From Amoebidium appalachense (lineage: Eukaryota; Protista; Ichthyosporea), in NCBI GenBank assembly GCA_963693365.1, contig CAVNZM010000014.1, positions 1,054,001-1,118,000 of the forward strand: DNA of 64,000 nucleotides. The letters run 5' to 3'. How positions within the stretch are numbered: the first letter of the stretch is position 1; the number at the start of each line of letters is the position of its first letter. The notes under the pieces were generated by a model that was given only the letters and a program-made list of their open reading frames with translations, did no database searches and was not told the origin of the DNA. Of this stretch, positions 51,030 through 63,807 are shown piece after piece. The position numbers and the translations under genes were made by a program.

Positions 51030-52194
51030 GAATGCGTCAAAGTACGAAGTACACATAACCAACGGACAACACGACGCCGAGTGGAAATTACACAAAATAG
51101 TATTTATAACAAGCAGAGCCCATCCAAAACAGAGGGGAGGGGGTCTACAAACCGAAGCATTTGCTCTGGTTGGTGTTCTTGTCAATAAAGACCTTTGCGC
51201 TAACAACGGTGCCGAAAGAAGAAAAGGCCTGGAAGAGATCGTGGTCACCCCACTCCAGGGGCAGATGGTAGATGAAGAGGTTGGCCCCCTCGGGACCAGT
51301 GGGTGTGGATGGTTGCTGGGCTGCGGCGGGAAAGGCAGCTGCGCCAAAGGCTGGCTGGCCGTAGGCAAAGGCACCCGCTGATGGACCATGGTCGATGTCA
51401 GAAACAAAAATATATGTATGTGTATATATATATATATCTGGTCTCCAGTGTGACAAGGGATCATGGCTGGTGTCATACCAAAATGAAAGTACAAGGTGGT
51501 ATAACTCTGGCAGGCAAACCCACTGGTTGCTGTTTTTTTTTTGGCGCACTATTAGAAAGATCGTTGTTTGTTTGTTTTTTTTAGAATTGAAACAGCATGA
51601 CCTCAGGCATGTGCCTAACAAACAATCTAAAAGAATGGCGGAGACGCCCTAACCATACCCCGCACAGGCGACGTCGGCGTGAAGCATAACAAAGTGGTCT
51701 ATGGGGACACGGTATACCTCTAGGGGGAGCAAGGAAGGGGGTTTGATGTGTTTCACAGAGTACGAGCAAACATTTACCAAGAACAGCACCATGCAGATTA
51801 CATAGCCCACACAAGAATACCCATCAAGGGGGGGCAAGGAATGAAGAAGGGGACCGTACCAGCAAAGCCCTGCTGCATGGGGGGCACTGCCTGTTGCTGC
51901 ATGCCGAACTGGGTCATGTCCTGGCCCAGAGCCCCCATGCCGGCAGCGGGGGTCATGCCCATGCCCATGCCCATCTGGCCGTAGCCCTGGCCCATCTGTT
52001 GCGCCATCATCTGCTGCTGCTGCAGCATCTGCTGGTACATCTGCAGCACACGTGTGTGAGCACACTAAAGAACACACACCTACACACATATCTATATAAT
52101 ACAAAGAAAAAAAAATATAAAAAGAAAGCAGAGCAACCCCCCCCCCCCCCTTGGGATGCAAGAGGGGTGTCAAGAGAAGACTCAGCACGCCACA

Positions 52195-52227
<33 letters not shown>

Positions 52228-53152
52228 AGAGAGAGAAGGCTGTTAAACGAGCCTCCCCCCTCTCCCCCCCCCTCCAGGTGCGAAATAGACACCCCACCCA
52301 GAGCATCGGGGACATACCATGGGGTTGGGGAACATGTTGTTGACGGCGGCAAAGTTTGCCGGGGCAGCGCCGCCCATCTTCTGGGCGCGCTTCTGCTGCT
52401 TCTCCTTCTCGGACTCTGCCGGCTTGACCACGATGGGCTGGGCACAGCCGTCCATGGTGATGCTGTTGTGCAGCGCCTGGATAGCCGCCTGGGCCTGGCT
52501 GAGCGTGGCATAGCGCACAAACGCACAGCCTGTGGCCACCATGCATAAGCAAATGGCGTACCTCCTCCCTGGTCCTTTTCTCCCCACCTCCCCCTTCCTC
52601 CCCCCCCCCCCATCCAAAAAGCAAATTCAACCAAGCAGAGATCCTGCTTCAACACAACCGGAACACAGAGCCTCACGTTTCCCCACAAAGCCCTCTGGTA
52701 CCTTTGCTAATAAACAAAACAGGGATATAGAGAGACATTCATTAATGTTTGATACACTCCATCACTGAAACCACCAGCCATGTGCCATCTCCTCTCTTTA
52801 CCCATCTGATCCCCCCCCTCCCCCCCAAAAATATCTGTGCCATCCCTCCCTCCTCCCCCCCTCCCCCCCAGTTTCTCTCTATCGCCAACAAGCATGCACA
52901 TACTCTTGCAAAAATACACAGGTAGACAGAAACACACCTTTGCTCTCGCCGCTGGGGTTCTTCAGGATGGTGAGGTCCTCAACGGTGCCGTAAGGACCGA
53001 ACATGGCCCGAAGCTGCTCCTCAGTGGCCGACTTAGCAATCATGCCAATGAACAGCTTGCGTTGCTCTGCCAAACATGCCATCAGCAGGTCGAAAAATGG
53101 TGCTTTTTTTCTTTTCTTTATTTCTTTATTTCTTTCTTCTTTTTTTTTTTTT

Positions 53153-53185
<33 letters not shown>

Positions 53186-53267
53186 GGCATGTAATAGATT
53201 AAGGTTACGAGGTGTAAGAAACACAATCTTCTCAACTCTGAGCCCACTTGCCGTTCATCCCCCCCCC

Positions 53268-53298
<31 letters not shown>

Positions 53299-54584
53299 AT
53301 GTCTAACCTGCAAACGAAACCACATTCTAACGCAGTACACATGATAGACTTCTAACAAGCAACATGCCGAATAGCGAACAGTTACGGATGTCTTACCTTC
53401 CTTCTGCGCCTCGCTGTCGGCAAGCTTAACTTGCAAGGCATGGTTCATCTGCAAAAAAAAAAAAAAACCCAAAGCCAAGTCAGCCTTACGATATATAATT
53501 TCCAGCAGGTGTTTCTTTGCGTGAATTCAAAGCATCCGTGTTTGATGGGCTGCACAACAAATTCAATAATTGTGCCCATTTCTTTGTCCCTCTCCCTCTC
53601 CTATATCGCTGTTGTCCCCTAACAACTTTAATAATTAACAAGACCAACATGCTGATGTGACCCGCCAATATGTAACATGAAACAGTTTAAGATTCCGTCC
53701 ACATCCCTGCTTCTCAACAAATTGCTGAATGCAGCGTGGCTGTGCCGAAGCACCCTTTCATGCTTTTAGTTCTTGATCCATTGTCAACCCGGCACAAAAG
53801 GTAAGAGAAGGCACTAATTGGCACACCAGGACGGCTAGTAAGCTGAACACATAGCTCGAAGCTGCTGTTGATCACGGAAGCTCCGAAATCCCTTGGCGTT
53901 TACCCTTCGTAATACAGATCTCAGGAGCAAGTGCATGATGTCCATAGACGACGATTTGTTTGTAGAAATCAAGATTTCGCAAAGGCGAATACACGCAATC
54001 GAGAACAAGCAGGGTCAAAGCCCAAGCATTTACACAGGACACAGAAAACACAATGCATACCCCAGGGAGTGTACGTTGGCCGTGCAGATTCTGCATACAC
54101 TTATCGGCACTGACGCGGTGACAATACGTGACGAACGCACACCCTGCAGGGGCGAAACGTTTCACACACCACACCACAGCTCACAACAGCAACGACGACA
54201 GCCAACAAAACATGTATGCCTCAGCTACACGTTGGTGATGGCTACAACAACTGTAAGAGACCTACGATGAGGGACAAGGGTGTCCAGCCCAGACGGAGGC
54301 TCTATACAGAATGCTTCATCTCGATCCTATGGCTGAGCCACTCAAGTTTATCAGCCAGATCTTGAGTACACCAAATCTTAAGGAAAAATAAAGCTCTGAA
54401 AGGCCAACCTACCCTTGCTTGTGCCTGTCAGCTTGTCCCTCAGAATGTGAAGCTCAAACACAGGCCCAAACTCCTCAAGAACTGCCATCAATTCGCTCTC
54501 GCCATGGCTACGGGGAATCTGCCCAATGAAGAGCTTAACTGCGTCCGGGTCCTTAGTCTTAACCTGAACTGCGGTGCCGGCCAT
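49744..54584 (-). CDS. CELF: CELF/Bruno-like RNA-binding protein with 3 RRMs (~393 aa)
   Basis: Nine phase-consistent exons: 54584-54413, 54143-54061, 53448-53397, 53066-52938, 52529-52318, 52040-51860, 51377-51153, 50217-50153, 49806-49744. Motifs: [78 protein letters not shown] and the CELF-type C-terminus [17 protein letters not shown]. Confidence 0.95.
50500..50995 (-). mobile_element. Longest copy of a dispersed C-run-bounded repeat family, in a CELF intron
   Basis: About 410 bp are highly similar to 61705-62115 in the opposite orientation. The minus-strand 3' end is ..GTACTTCGTACTTTATGACGCATTCAAACAC followed by poly(C). Both sides are flanked by runs of ~32 G. Confidence 0.85.
51028..51125 (-). 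mobile_element. Short 3'-end copy of the same C-run-bounded family
   Basis: On the minus strand it reads GGATGGGCTCTGCTT...GTGTACTTCGTACTTTGACGCATTCAA followed by poly(C). Confidence 0.75.
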
Positions 54585-55590
54585 TTTTCTAGAATTAGTT
54601 CTCCCTAAGGATGAAACGTTTTTCAAAAACGAAACTATGGAGAGCCCCGGGATGACCGTCCTTCGAAAAAAAGTGTGTGCACATGTGGCGATTGAGGCGG
54701 GGTTTTATTGGACGCAGTTTACTTCGCTCTGTCACGACCACATGCTGGGATCCAATCAGCTTCAGCCTTCATCTGAAAAACTGGCGCCAACTTGCCGCCA
54801 AGCTCTATGCAAGTTATTCTGCAGGCTTTGGCCAGAAAGAGAAGCCAAAAGGTTTTATCAAACTGAATAGTGAATGGGCAGCTGTCCAAAGTATAGTCGG
54901 CATGGTTGAGAATGTCACAAAAAATACCCAAGTGCCGCTGAGACTTGGATTATATACAGCCATGCAATGCGGTGATCTGTTAAACGTACCCAAAGGTTTT
55001 AAAACTCAAATGTTTACCAAAATAAAAACTTTAAATTCTTTAAAAGGCAATATAAAACATTATCGATTGGAGGTCACGAATCAGTTTTTTCTTGACTACC
55101 CCGCACGTGAATCTGAGGCGGGGCAAAAGCTGATGGGTAGTCTGATCATCGTCGCTTCATCGGCTTTTTTTCACACCACACACAGCTGTTCACGTTCCTG
55201 TCTGGGAACGGTTTCCTTTTTGATTACCCCAGAAAATTTTACATCAGTTTAGCCCTTTCGGCTGCAGTTGTAAGTACGTTTATCATTACATTGTTCTGTT
55301 TTTGTGCCAGGATAATGAATGGAGCAGAGGGACGGATATCGATGCATTTCTTTTTCCATGAAGACTGTTCAGCTGTTGTATCCTATTCAAGCTTTTTTTT
55401 GGTACATCAGTTGAGCCTGGCAGCCTCAAACATTTCACAGAGCAAATTCTGCTATGGGTATATACATTGTAAAAGGTTTGCCATCTTTTATTGTTGCACA
55501 CGTACGTGCTTTCAGGCCATCTTTGAGGTTTCAGCAACCATAAGTAGTCGTGTCTAACTTTATTTCTCGTTTTCCTTTTAGGTTTCGAAA
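54585..55590. promoter_or_regulatory. Candidate bidirectional promoter between CELF and the hnRNP-like gene; includes a probable 5'UTR intron (55270-55581) of the + gene
   Basis: The two ATGs diverge about 1 kb apart. The interval is free of microsatellites and C/G-runs. A GTAAGT donor lies at 55270 and a TTTTAG acceptor 9 nt before the ATG at 55591. Confidence 0.55.
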
Positions 55591-58500
55591 ATGTCGGACC
55601 AACATGAAGGTCAGAATGGGGAGGAGCAGCAATATGAGCAGCAGGAGCAGCAGCAAGAAGAATACAAGGAGGAGCCCCAGCAGCAGGAGCAAAACCAGGA
55701 AGAGCAGCAGCAACAGCAGGCCCCTGCCCAGACCAAGTCGGAGGCTGGCTCTGGGGGAGAGCAGTAAGTGTTCAGTGGGTTTTCGTGTGGATTTACCACC
55801 GAAACTTTCGGTGGGGATAACTGTCCGAAGCGAGTGTGAGTTGCAGCACTGAAATTTTGGGCCTTTTTGGGCCAAAGTTTGGTTCGGTTGGTGGCTCCAA
55901 AGTTATGTTTTTGAAGGGGTGGGAGGGTAAGGTCTGGGTTACAATTTTTGCTGATAGCCAGCCTGTGAGCGGCCACTTCTTACCCCTTTACAGAATAGCA
56001 GCAGGCAGGCTAGCTTCAAGGAGTGGTCAGGTCAGCCAGATGCTCTAGCCTAGAGGTCGGCTAGTAACTTCACTGACACGACCGTGTTCCCTATCTAGCA
56101 AAGTATTCATAGGAGGCCTTAGTTGGGAGACTACCGAGGGTAAGCGTTCGTCTGTCCTTGCTTTTACCTTTTTATTTTTAAAAAACCTAACTGAAAATAG
56201 GACGTATATTCCATTTGGAATCCACCCCATCCCGTTGCTGCACGCACGACCCCCCCCCCCCTCCCCGTTTCCCCTCCTCCCCACCTGTTTCACCCACTTT
56301 GCTTTTGTTTTTTGCGCTTTTGCTTTTCTTTCTTGCTCTTTACACAAGCACCACACCGCACTATCAACTCTCTTCTGTTAAACACTTCTTTCGTCTTACT
56401 GCACTAGAAAGTTTTAGTAGGAAAACACGCAGTGGCATTGGTTATGCGCAAAGAAACAGAACAGGCTCATAGTTTGGCACACACTGCTTTATACCGAAGG
56501 GCTAGCAAGTTTGCATCTGCTTTTCTGCACAAGCATGCCACTAGAAACGTACTGTTCGGTGCACATACCTGTTTAGTAGGCGCCCTCTCTAGCTCCTGCC
56601 ACACACGCACAGCTTTGATTTTGCACCACCACACACCTAGTTGTACATAGCAACCAGGTCTCTGAATTTGTGAATTGCACGTCTGTTCATGTTGTGACAT
56701 GCGGCGACCTTCTGGGAATGGGATGGAAAGAAGAACTCCGTCATATGACGCAACTGCCCTGTGTATGTGGCACGATTCTCGTGTATTTATTAATTCAAAT
56801 AGTGTAAAAGCGTTATGCTGCAAACTCACATAACTGCCCTTCGGTCGCTTTTGCAAGCGCTCTCTTCCTGCCCTTTACTTCTGTGTTTCCACTCTGGTAT
56901 GCATGTTCGAGTTGTTAACAGGCACTTTCCCTCTCCAGCCGGGCTCAAGGGGCACTTCGCCAAGTACGGTGAGATCATCGACGTGGTTGTGATGAAGGAC
57001 CCCCAGACTGGCCGCTCAAGGTGAATGCTCCGCCTGTGTGTGTGTGTGTGCGCGTGCGTGTGTGTGTGTGTTTGTGTTGGGATGCTGGCCCTGACGGTAC
57101 CGGGTGCACTCATGCTGCCGAACTTTTATATTTGACTCAGTGTTTGGAGAAAGTAGGAGAGACACGCGATTAGTTGCTTTCCGTCGAAAGAATTTTACCT
57201 TGTGGGAATGGCTTTCCTTTTTTGTCGTGCAGGTGCCTTCTGTGATTCTTTTTTCTGCTTTTCTATTGGGCCCTATGCTTTCCACTGAACTTGCACTTTG
57301 CTGCGAATGCAGTCTTGCATGCGTCAAGTCCTAATGTGTGTGTTTTCAAGCTAAGAGTGTTTTTCTTTTTTTTTTCCTACTTTTCCCTCCCCGTTATCCC
57401 ATTGCAGTTTTTCTCGTTTAGCTGCACTTTATATAAACCTCTATTCCTCTTGCTTGCTCTTGCTCATGGTTTTTTTCCTCTGTGAATGGCATCTAACACC
57501 GGAAATTTCATTTTGCAGGGGCTTCGGGTTTGTGACCTTTTCCAGTCCGGCTGCATTCGACGCTGCTCTCGCTGGTGCACCACATACAATCGATGGCCGC
57601 CAGGTCTGTACTACCTACAGCTGATATGTTGGAAAATGATTGGGGAGGGTTGAAAGTTGGACATTGTGGTGGTGGTGGTGTGTCGGAGAATTGTGGGCCT
57701 TTCTTTCCCTTGTCATTGATACAGTAGAAATTGGAGCAAAGGACTACAACAGAAAGATTGTTAAATGGTGATGCAAGCGGTCGTGAGTTCGTGTTGTGGG
57801 TCATTTCCATTTTCGTCATGAGCACAAAGTCACATTTTATGTTGAACGAGGGATTACATGTTGCACGACCAATTGTGACTTTTGAAGTTCTGTCTAGCAT
57901 ATCATACCGTAGCATCCCGCTTTGTGCCTCACTGCTCTTCTGAACCAATCGGCACAAGCCAGGTCTTTGGGATGCGATTGGCTGGTGGATTGACTCTAAT
58001 AGTCCATTTCTGAACGAAGCAAACGATTCCTAGGTAGATTTTCCATTGCCGGCCAATCAAATGACTGCAAAAAGTCGAATGGTTTAGAAAGTTAGTGGAA
58101 GCACTGTGTTTGTAGCATATCCCTATGTGAGTTCTCAATCTAACACGCACTTTGCGCCATTTGCAGGTCGAAGCCAAGAAAGCCGCGCCCAAGGGTGAGA
58201 AGGGCAGCTTCCGCACCAAGAAGGTGTTTGTGGGCGGTATTGCCCAGACCACGACTGAGGAGATTCTTAAGGCATATTTCTCCACTTTCGGCACCGTTGA
58301 AGAGGTTTTGCTCATGAAGGATCGCAACACGGACAGGCCCCGCGGGTTTGGGTTTATTACGTTTGAGAGCGAGGATGCAGTGGACAATCTCTGCCAGAAG
58401 AGGTTCCATTCGGTCGATGGGAAGGATGTGGAGGTGAAGAAGGCCGAGCCTAAGGGCATGGAGAGGGGTGGCCCAGGCGCACCAAGGTGTGTGTTGTGTG

Positions 58501-58737
58501 GGTGTGGGTGTGGGTGCGTGTTGTGTGTGTGTGCGTGCGTGCGTGCGTGCGTGTGTGTGTGTGTGAGTGTGAGTGTGTGTGTGTGTGTCGGGTGGCCCTT
58601 CAGGATTGTGCTCCCCCAATACCGTTTTCTCCGACCCATATACCCACACAGACACTCACTTCTATTGTTATTTCCTGCCGGTTGCCGGTTGGATTGCGTT
58701 TTTTTTTCTTTTTTTTTTTTTTTTTTTTTTCTTTTTT

Positions 58738-58787
<50 letters not shown>

Positions 58788-59327
58788 TTTCTTTTTTTTT
58801 TTTTGTGTGTGTGTGGGGGGGGGGGGGGGGGGGGGGGGGGAGGAGGCAGAGGGCACCAGAAGACAGGTACTTTTTTTGGGTCTGCCTTCCTTGGAATGGT
58901 AGCCGTTTGTCTGCCAACGGCTGCTAGGGGACACAGGTGGCACACGTGTATTATGAAGGCTTGTGCTAACCAACCAACTCACGCTTTCCTCATTTCAGGG
59001 GTGGATTCGGTGGTGGATACGGTGGACGGGAGAGCAACTATGGTGGCCGTGATGGTGGCTATGGTGGTCGTGGTGGCTACGGTGGCGGGTATGGTGGCGG
59101 ATATGGCGGCCAGCAGCAGGGTGGATATGGGGCCGGATATGGGAGCCAGAGTGGTGGGTATGGGGCTGGACGTGGTGGGTATGGTGGCGGCCAGGGTGGA
59201 GGTTACGGAAACCAGGGCGGGTACCAGGGTGGCAGCGGTTATGGCAGTGGTGAGTGGCCCCCTGCACATACGCTTTTGTCCCGTGCACCTTTTTGCTCAT
59301 TCAATTCGTCAAACCCCCCCCCCCCCC

Positions 59328-59358
<31 letters not shown>

Positions 59359-59824
59359 GACAGCGTTGTCTCGTTCTTCTTGTCACTCGTCTCACCTTCA
59401 GTGGGCTTGACCCACTGTATGACGTAATGTCTTTGTTTTGAGTACCGGGGGGGCAGCGGTTAGGGGGTTGGTTAGCTGCCCCCTGCACAGTCGTTTCTCT
59501 CCTCCCCCCGTTCTCCCTCCTTCCTCACCAAAGTTGATGGATTCTGCTTGTGTCCATACTGGCCACGTTGCTGAATGGTGCATGCTTGAATGTTTGCCTT
59601 TGCATGTGTCCTGCATCGTGTTTCTCACCGTGTTGTTGTACTTCATACCGTGTTCGGCATACCCCCCTCCCCCCCTCTCTCTAAGCGGCCTATCTTTGCG
59701 AGTGCTTTCTTGTTCTTTCTCGCATCACCCTTCTCTCCCTCACTTGTCTTGATTCCCTCTTTGACGCCATGCCTTGATTTTGACTGTTCTGCCTCTCTGT
59801 AGTGGATTTGTTGATTTGTTGTTC

Positions 59825-59897
<73 letters not shown>

Positions 59898-59967
59898 GTG
59901 TCCGAATAGGATTTCGTTGACGAGGCAAATGGGTCGAACTCTGGTACGGTACTGTGGATAACTTTGC

Positions 59968-60005
<38 letters not shown>

Positions 60006-60925
60006 AGGATGGGCTCAGCTCATTATGCATACCCTTTGTGTGCTTTGTAAACTGCATTGCGTTTTCCGTCATGGAATTTCATTCGTCATTTGTCGTCCAT
60101 TTCTTTCGATCACAGACATGTGTGATGTTATTTATAAATATCCCATTTGTTGACATAACTATGAGTTTTCACTAACTTACTATCTGTGTGTGCCCACACT
60201 TGTCGTCAACGACTGGCAAGCACATATTTGGGTGATGCTTTCTATAAACATCCCATTTGTTGACATAGCCATGAATTTTCACTAACTTATTGTTATTGTG
60301 TGTATCCAGGTTACGGTGGGCAGGGCAGCTACAGTGAGGGAGGCTACGGTGGTGGGTATGGGGGTGGCTATGGCAGCCAGGGCAGCTATGGTGCTGGCCA
60401 GGGGGGTTACGGCAGCAACCAGGGGGCTTATGGTGGAGGATATGACCAGTACTCCAACTACGGTAAAGAATCCCCTCCCCCCCCCCCCTGCAACTCATCA
60501 CACACACACACACTCACACACACACACACACGGCACAACAGAGCAGAACAGAAGTGGTGACGTCACATTGAGGCTGATGATTGCATTTGAAATTCGCTTG
60601 TCGTGGTTCAACGCGCAAACACGATTTCCGTGGTACGTTTTGTCCTAAGCAAGACAGTCTAATCGGTCGGCAAAATGTGTTTGCCCAGTTATGCTTCAAT
60701 CTGGTGTCTCTCCAATGCTTGTTGAAAATGAGGATCGATCATTTTTGGTTGCTTGTTGAGTCTAATAATCTGAGCTAATTTTGCTCTGTTATTTTAGGGG
60801 GTTATGGCATGGGTAACTACGGCGGCCAATCAGCATCGAGCTATGGTCCCACCGGTGGTGCAAGCAGTGGCGGCTATGGCCAAGCACGCCAGGTATGTAA
60901 CCGTGTTTGGAATTACATGATGCAC

Positions 60926-61017
<92 letters not shown>

Positions 61018-61066
61018 GCCTACTCACCCATCAATATGGGTTTGCGGTGTAAGCCCGTGTGCATAC

Positions 61067-61099
<33 letters not shown>

Positions 61100-61245
61100 T
61101 GTATGTGTATGTGTGTGTGTGATACATGAAGAAAAGCCTGTAGGTTTGGTTGTGGTGTCAATATCATGTTGCAGGAAAGATGTGCAGAAAAACGGGGGTG
61201 TGGTTGTGTCTTCCACTGGTGGTGGTGGTGGTGGTGTGTGTGTGT

Positions 61246-61286
<41 letters not shown>

Positions 61287-61358
61287 AAGGGGGGGCAATT
61301 ATCTGATGTTTTTTCTTCTCCCACACAGCAACGGACATATCACCCATACCAGCGCTAA
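55591..61358 (+). CDS. hnRNP A/B / DAZAP1(Hrp48)-like protein: 2 RRMs, a Gly/Tyr-rich low-complexity tail and a PY-NLS (~409 aa)
   Basis: Nine phase-consistent exons: 55591-55763, 56099-56139, 56939-57020, 57519-57603, 58167-58486, 58999-59249, 60310-60462, 60798-60892, 61329-61358. Motifs: [73 protein letters not shown] repeats and C-terminal RTYHPYQR. Confidence 0.93.
59900..60075 (+). mobile_element. Diverged partial copy of the C-run-bounded family with an expanded internal C-run
   Basis: TTTCGTTGACGAGGCAAATGGGTCGAACT..GGTACTGTGGAT..(C)~36GGAGGATGGGCTCAGCTCATTATGCATAC aligns to ~61950-62040. Confidence 0.7.
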
Positions 61359-61673
61359 ACACCGACCTCGTGACATGAAGGCGGCAAAGCGTGGAGCAAA
61401 TAGGAGTAGGGCATAGTGGTGCAAAAGACTGGGTGCAGATTGATTCTGTGCTTGGGGTGGGTGATATTACTAAGTGGTGGGTTGATGCGGGCGTAAAGAG
61501 AAAAGAATGAAAAGCACATGTATGGCCATGGGAATAGGCTAATGTATGTGGGCTAGAATATGACCAAGTACCACAGAGAGTTTTGTGGGCGTATGTACGT
61601 GGGGCTGCTGGAGGCACCCAGGGATTTTACATTTGAAATAAATCGAATATTGTCAATGATCATGTCACGAGTT

Positions 61674-61704
<31 letters not shown>

Positions 61705-61707
<3 letters not shown>

Positions 61708-62115
61708 GACTTAATTCTTTTCAGCTGGTGTAGTATGTTAGCCAGGGAAGTATCGACTTAGGTATCGACGGGGGAGCTTCCCACAAGCCCCGTCTCCTGA
61801 TTTCCTATCTATATTTTTCTTGCTTCTGCTTACTGCTGCAACTTTAACCCCCGGCCTTTCCCACTGCCCTTGCCTGCATAAGCAACCCTGCTCGTCTCTG
61901 ATCAAGACGGGTGACCCACCCATGTTCAAGTGAAACAGTATCTGTGTTGGGTTTCGTTAACGAGGTGAATAGGTCGAAACTCGGGTACTGTGGATGACGT
62001 GGGCCCCCCCTGAGGATGGGCTCTGCTTATTATGCATACTCTTTATGTATGGCTTGCATTCTGCATCGTGTTATCCGTTTGTTCTTGTGTACTTCGTACT
62101 TTTTGACGCATTCAA
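61705..62115 (+). mobile_element. Second long copy of the C-run-bounded family, downstream of the hnRNP stop codon
   Basis: GGGACTTAATT..CAGCTGGTGTAGTATGTTAGCCAG...GTACTTCGTACTTTTTGACGCATTCAA, with C-runs on both sides. Confidence 0.85.
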
Positions 62116-62906
62116 CCCCCCCCCCCCCCCCCCCCCCCCCCCTTATACTTCCATGCAACCGGGCATGGTTGCTCTGTGTCGTGCATCTGGAAACACATAC
62201 ACATTTTTCGCTGCACTGCATTAGTTTGCACACACATTCACCGTTTTGCTCACCTTGACGCATACTGTGCACATGGCTGATGTTGCATACTTGAATGTTT
62301 GCCTTTGCATGTGTCCTGCACCATGCTTCTCATCGATCGTGTATGCGTACTTCGTACCGTGTTCCGCATTCAACCCCCCCCCCCCTACACACCACCCAGT
62401 ACATCACCACCACCACCACCACTTCACACCCACTTTAGAAATTTTGTGTATGCTCTGCACCATTGCATTGTGTTGTCCTTCATAAATATGTACTTCATGC
62501 TTGATGGGATCGATAGGGGAAGTTGCAAGCACTCATGCATATGAGTCTGGAGCCAACGTCTGTACACATGTTATGAGCCGTGTCTAAAACTATTGATGGA
62601 CCAAGTATTCTAACATCGATCATGCAAAAGTTTCATCATTATAACATGTAATTACATGCATGCATGCATGCACATCCTCGTACTTTTTAGGTTGTTTCCG
62701 AAGCTTTTTTTGTTGAGGTGGACCTCCCTCCCTTCCCCCCGGCTTCCGGAGGCCTAGGGCCAACCACCACAAACGTTTTCACATACACACCCATGCACAT
62801 TGGACGCGGCGACACGCGAGGTTGAATCTCGTCTCCAAGGCTATGTACCCACTGGCTTACGTAAGTGGCCAGGCACTACTACGCCACGGGATGTCGCCTG
62901 CGCGGC

Positions 62907-62950
<44 letters not shown>

Positions 62951-63180
62951 CGCAGGGAAGACAGCACTCAGAGTGACTAGGTTGAATCACATCCACACAT
63001 GCACACACTGATCGACGTATGGATGTCGTCCGGAGCTCTGGATTACATACGTGGTAGTATGAAGGTATATCGGCCATGCATTGTGCAGTGCTCAGCGCCG
63101 GGCTGTGCTCTTCGTCTTTCGTGCATGACCAAAGTTGGTATAACATGTGGCTTGGGCACGGGAACTTGCGTTGTGCCCGT

Positions 63181-63250
<70 letters not shown>

Positions 63251-63744
63251 GGAGGATCCGGGGGGGGGGGGGGGGGAGGGGGGGGGGGAAAGAGAGAATG
63301 AGAGAGAGAGAGAGAGAGAGAGAATGAGAGAGAGAGAGAGAGAGCCTTGTGTGTGTGTGCGTGTGTGTGTGTGTGTGTGCGTGCGCGTGTGTGCATTTAA
63401 GTGTTATGTTAGGTGTATGCGCGTTAGCTCCGAGCATGTGATTGAATATGAACTTGTAGAGCATATATCCTCGTTTAAGCAAACTACATAGCTGTGATCA
63501 ATAAACAGGCTGCCAGCTGCATGGGCACCATACGAACGGGGCTATTATGTAGCCCTGACTACCGCATACGTACATAGCAAGTCCCTATGTCCTAAATTTC
63601 AACTAATGATGAACGATCTGCATAAATAATACATTCAGTTTTGGGTGTCCCCCATCCTTCGTACATTCGATACTATGATATCTGAGATTGGAAACATCAA
63701 AAAAAAGTAAGTAAAAGAAACTTTTAAAGGCCAACCATCATTGA

Positions 63745-63798
<54 letters not shown>

Positions 63799-63807
63799 AA
63801 ACTTTCC

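Noticed and set aside
54677-55252. 191-aa ORF between CELF and the hnRNP-like gene
   Set aside because: It is called from a non-ATG start, sits in the presumed promoter, has AT-rich codons unlike the real genes and has no recognisable domain; it is not excluded as a uORF.
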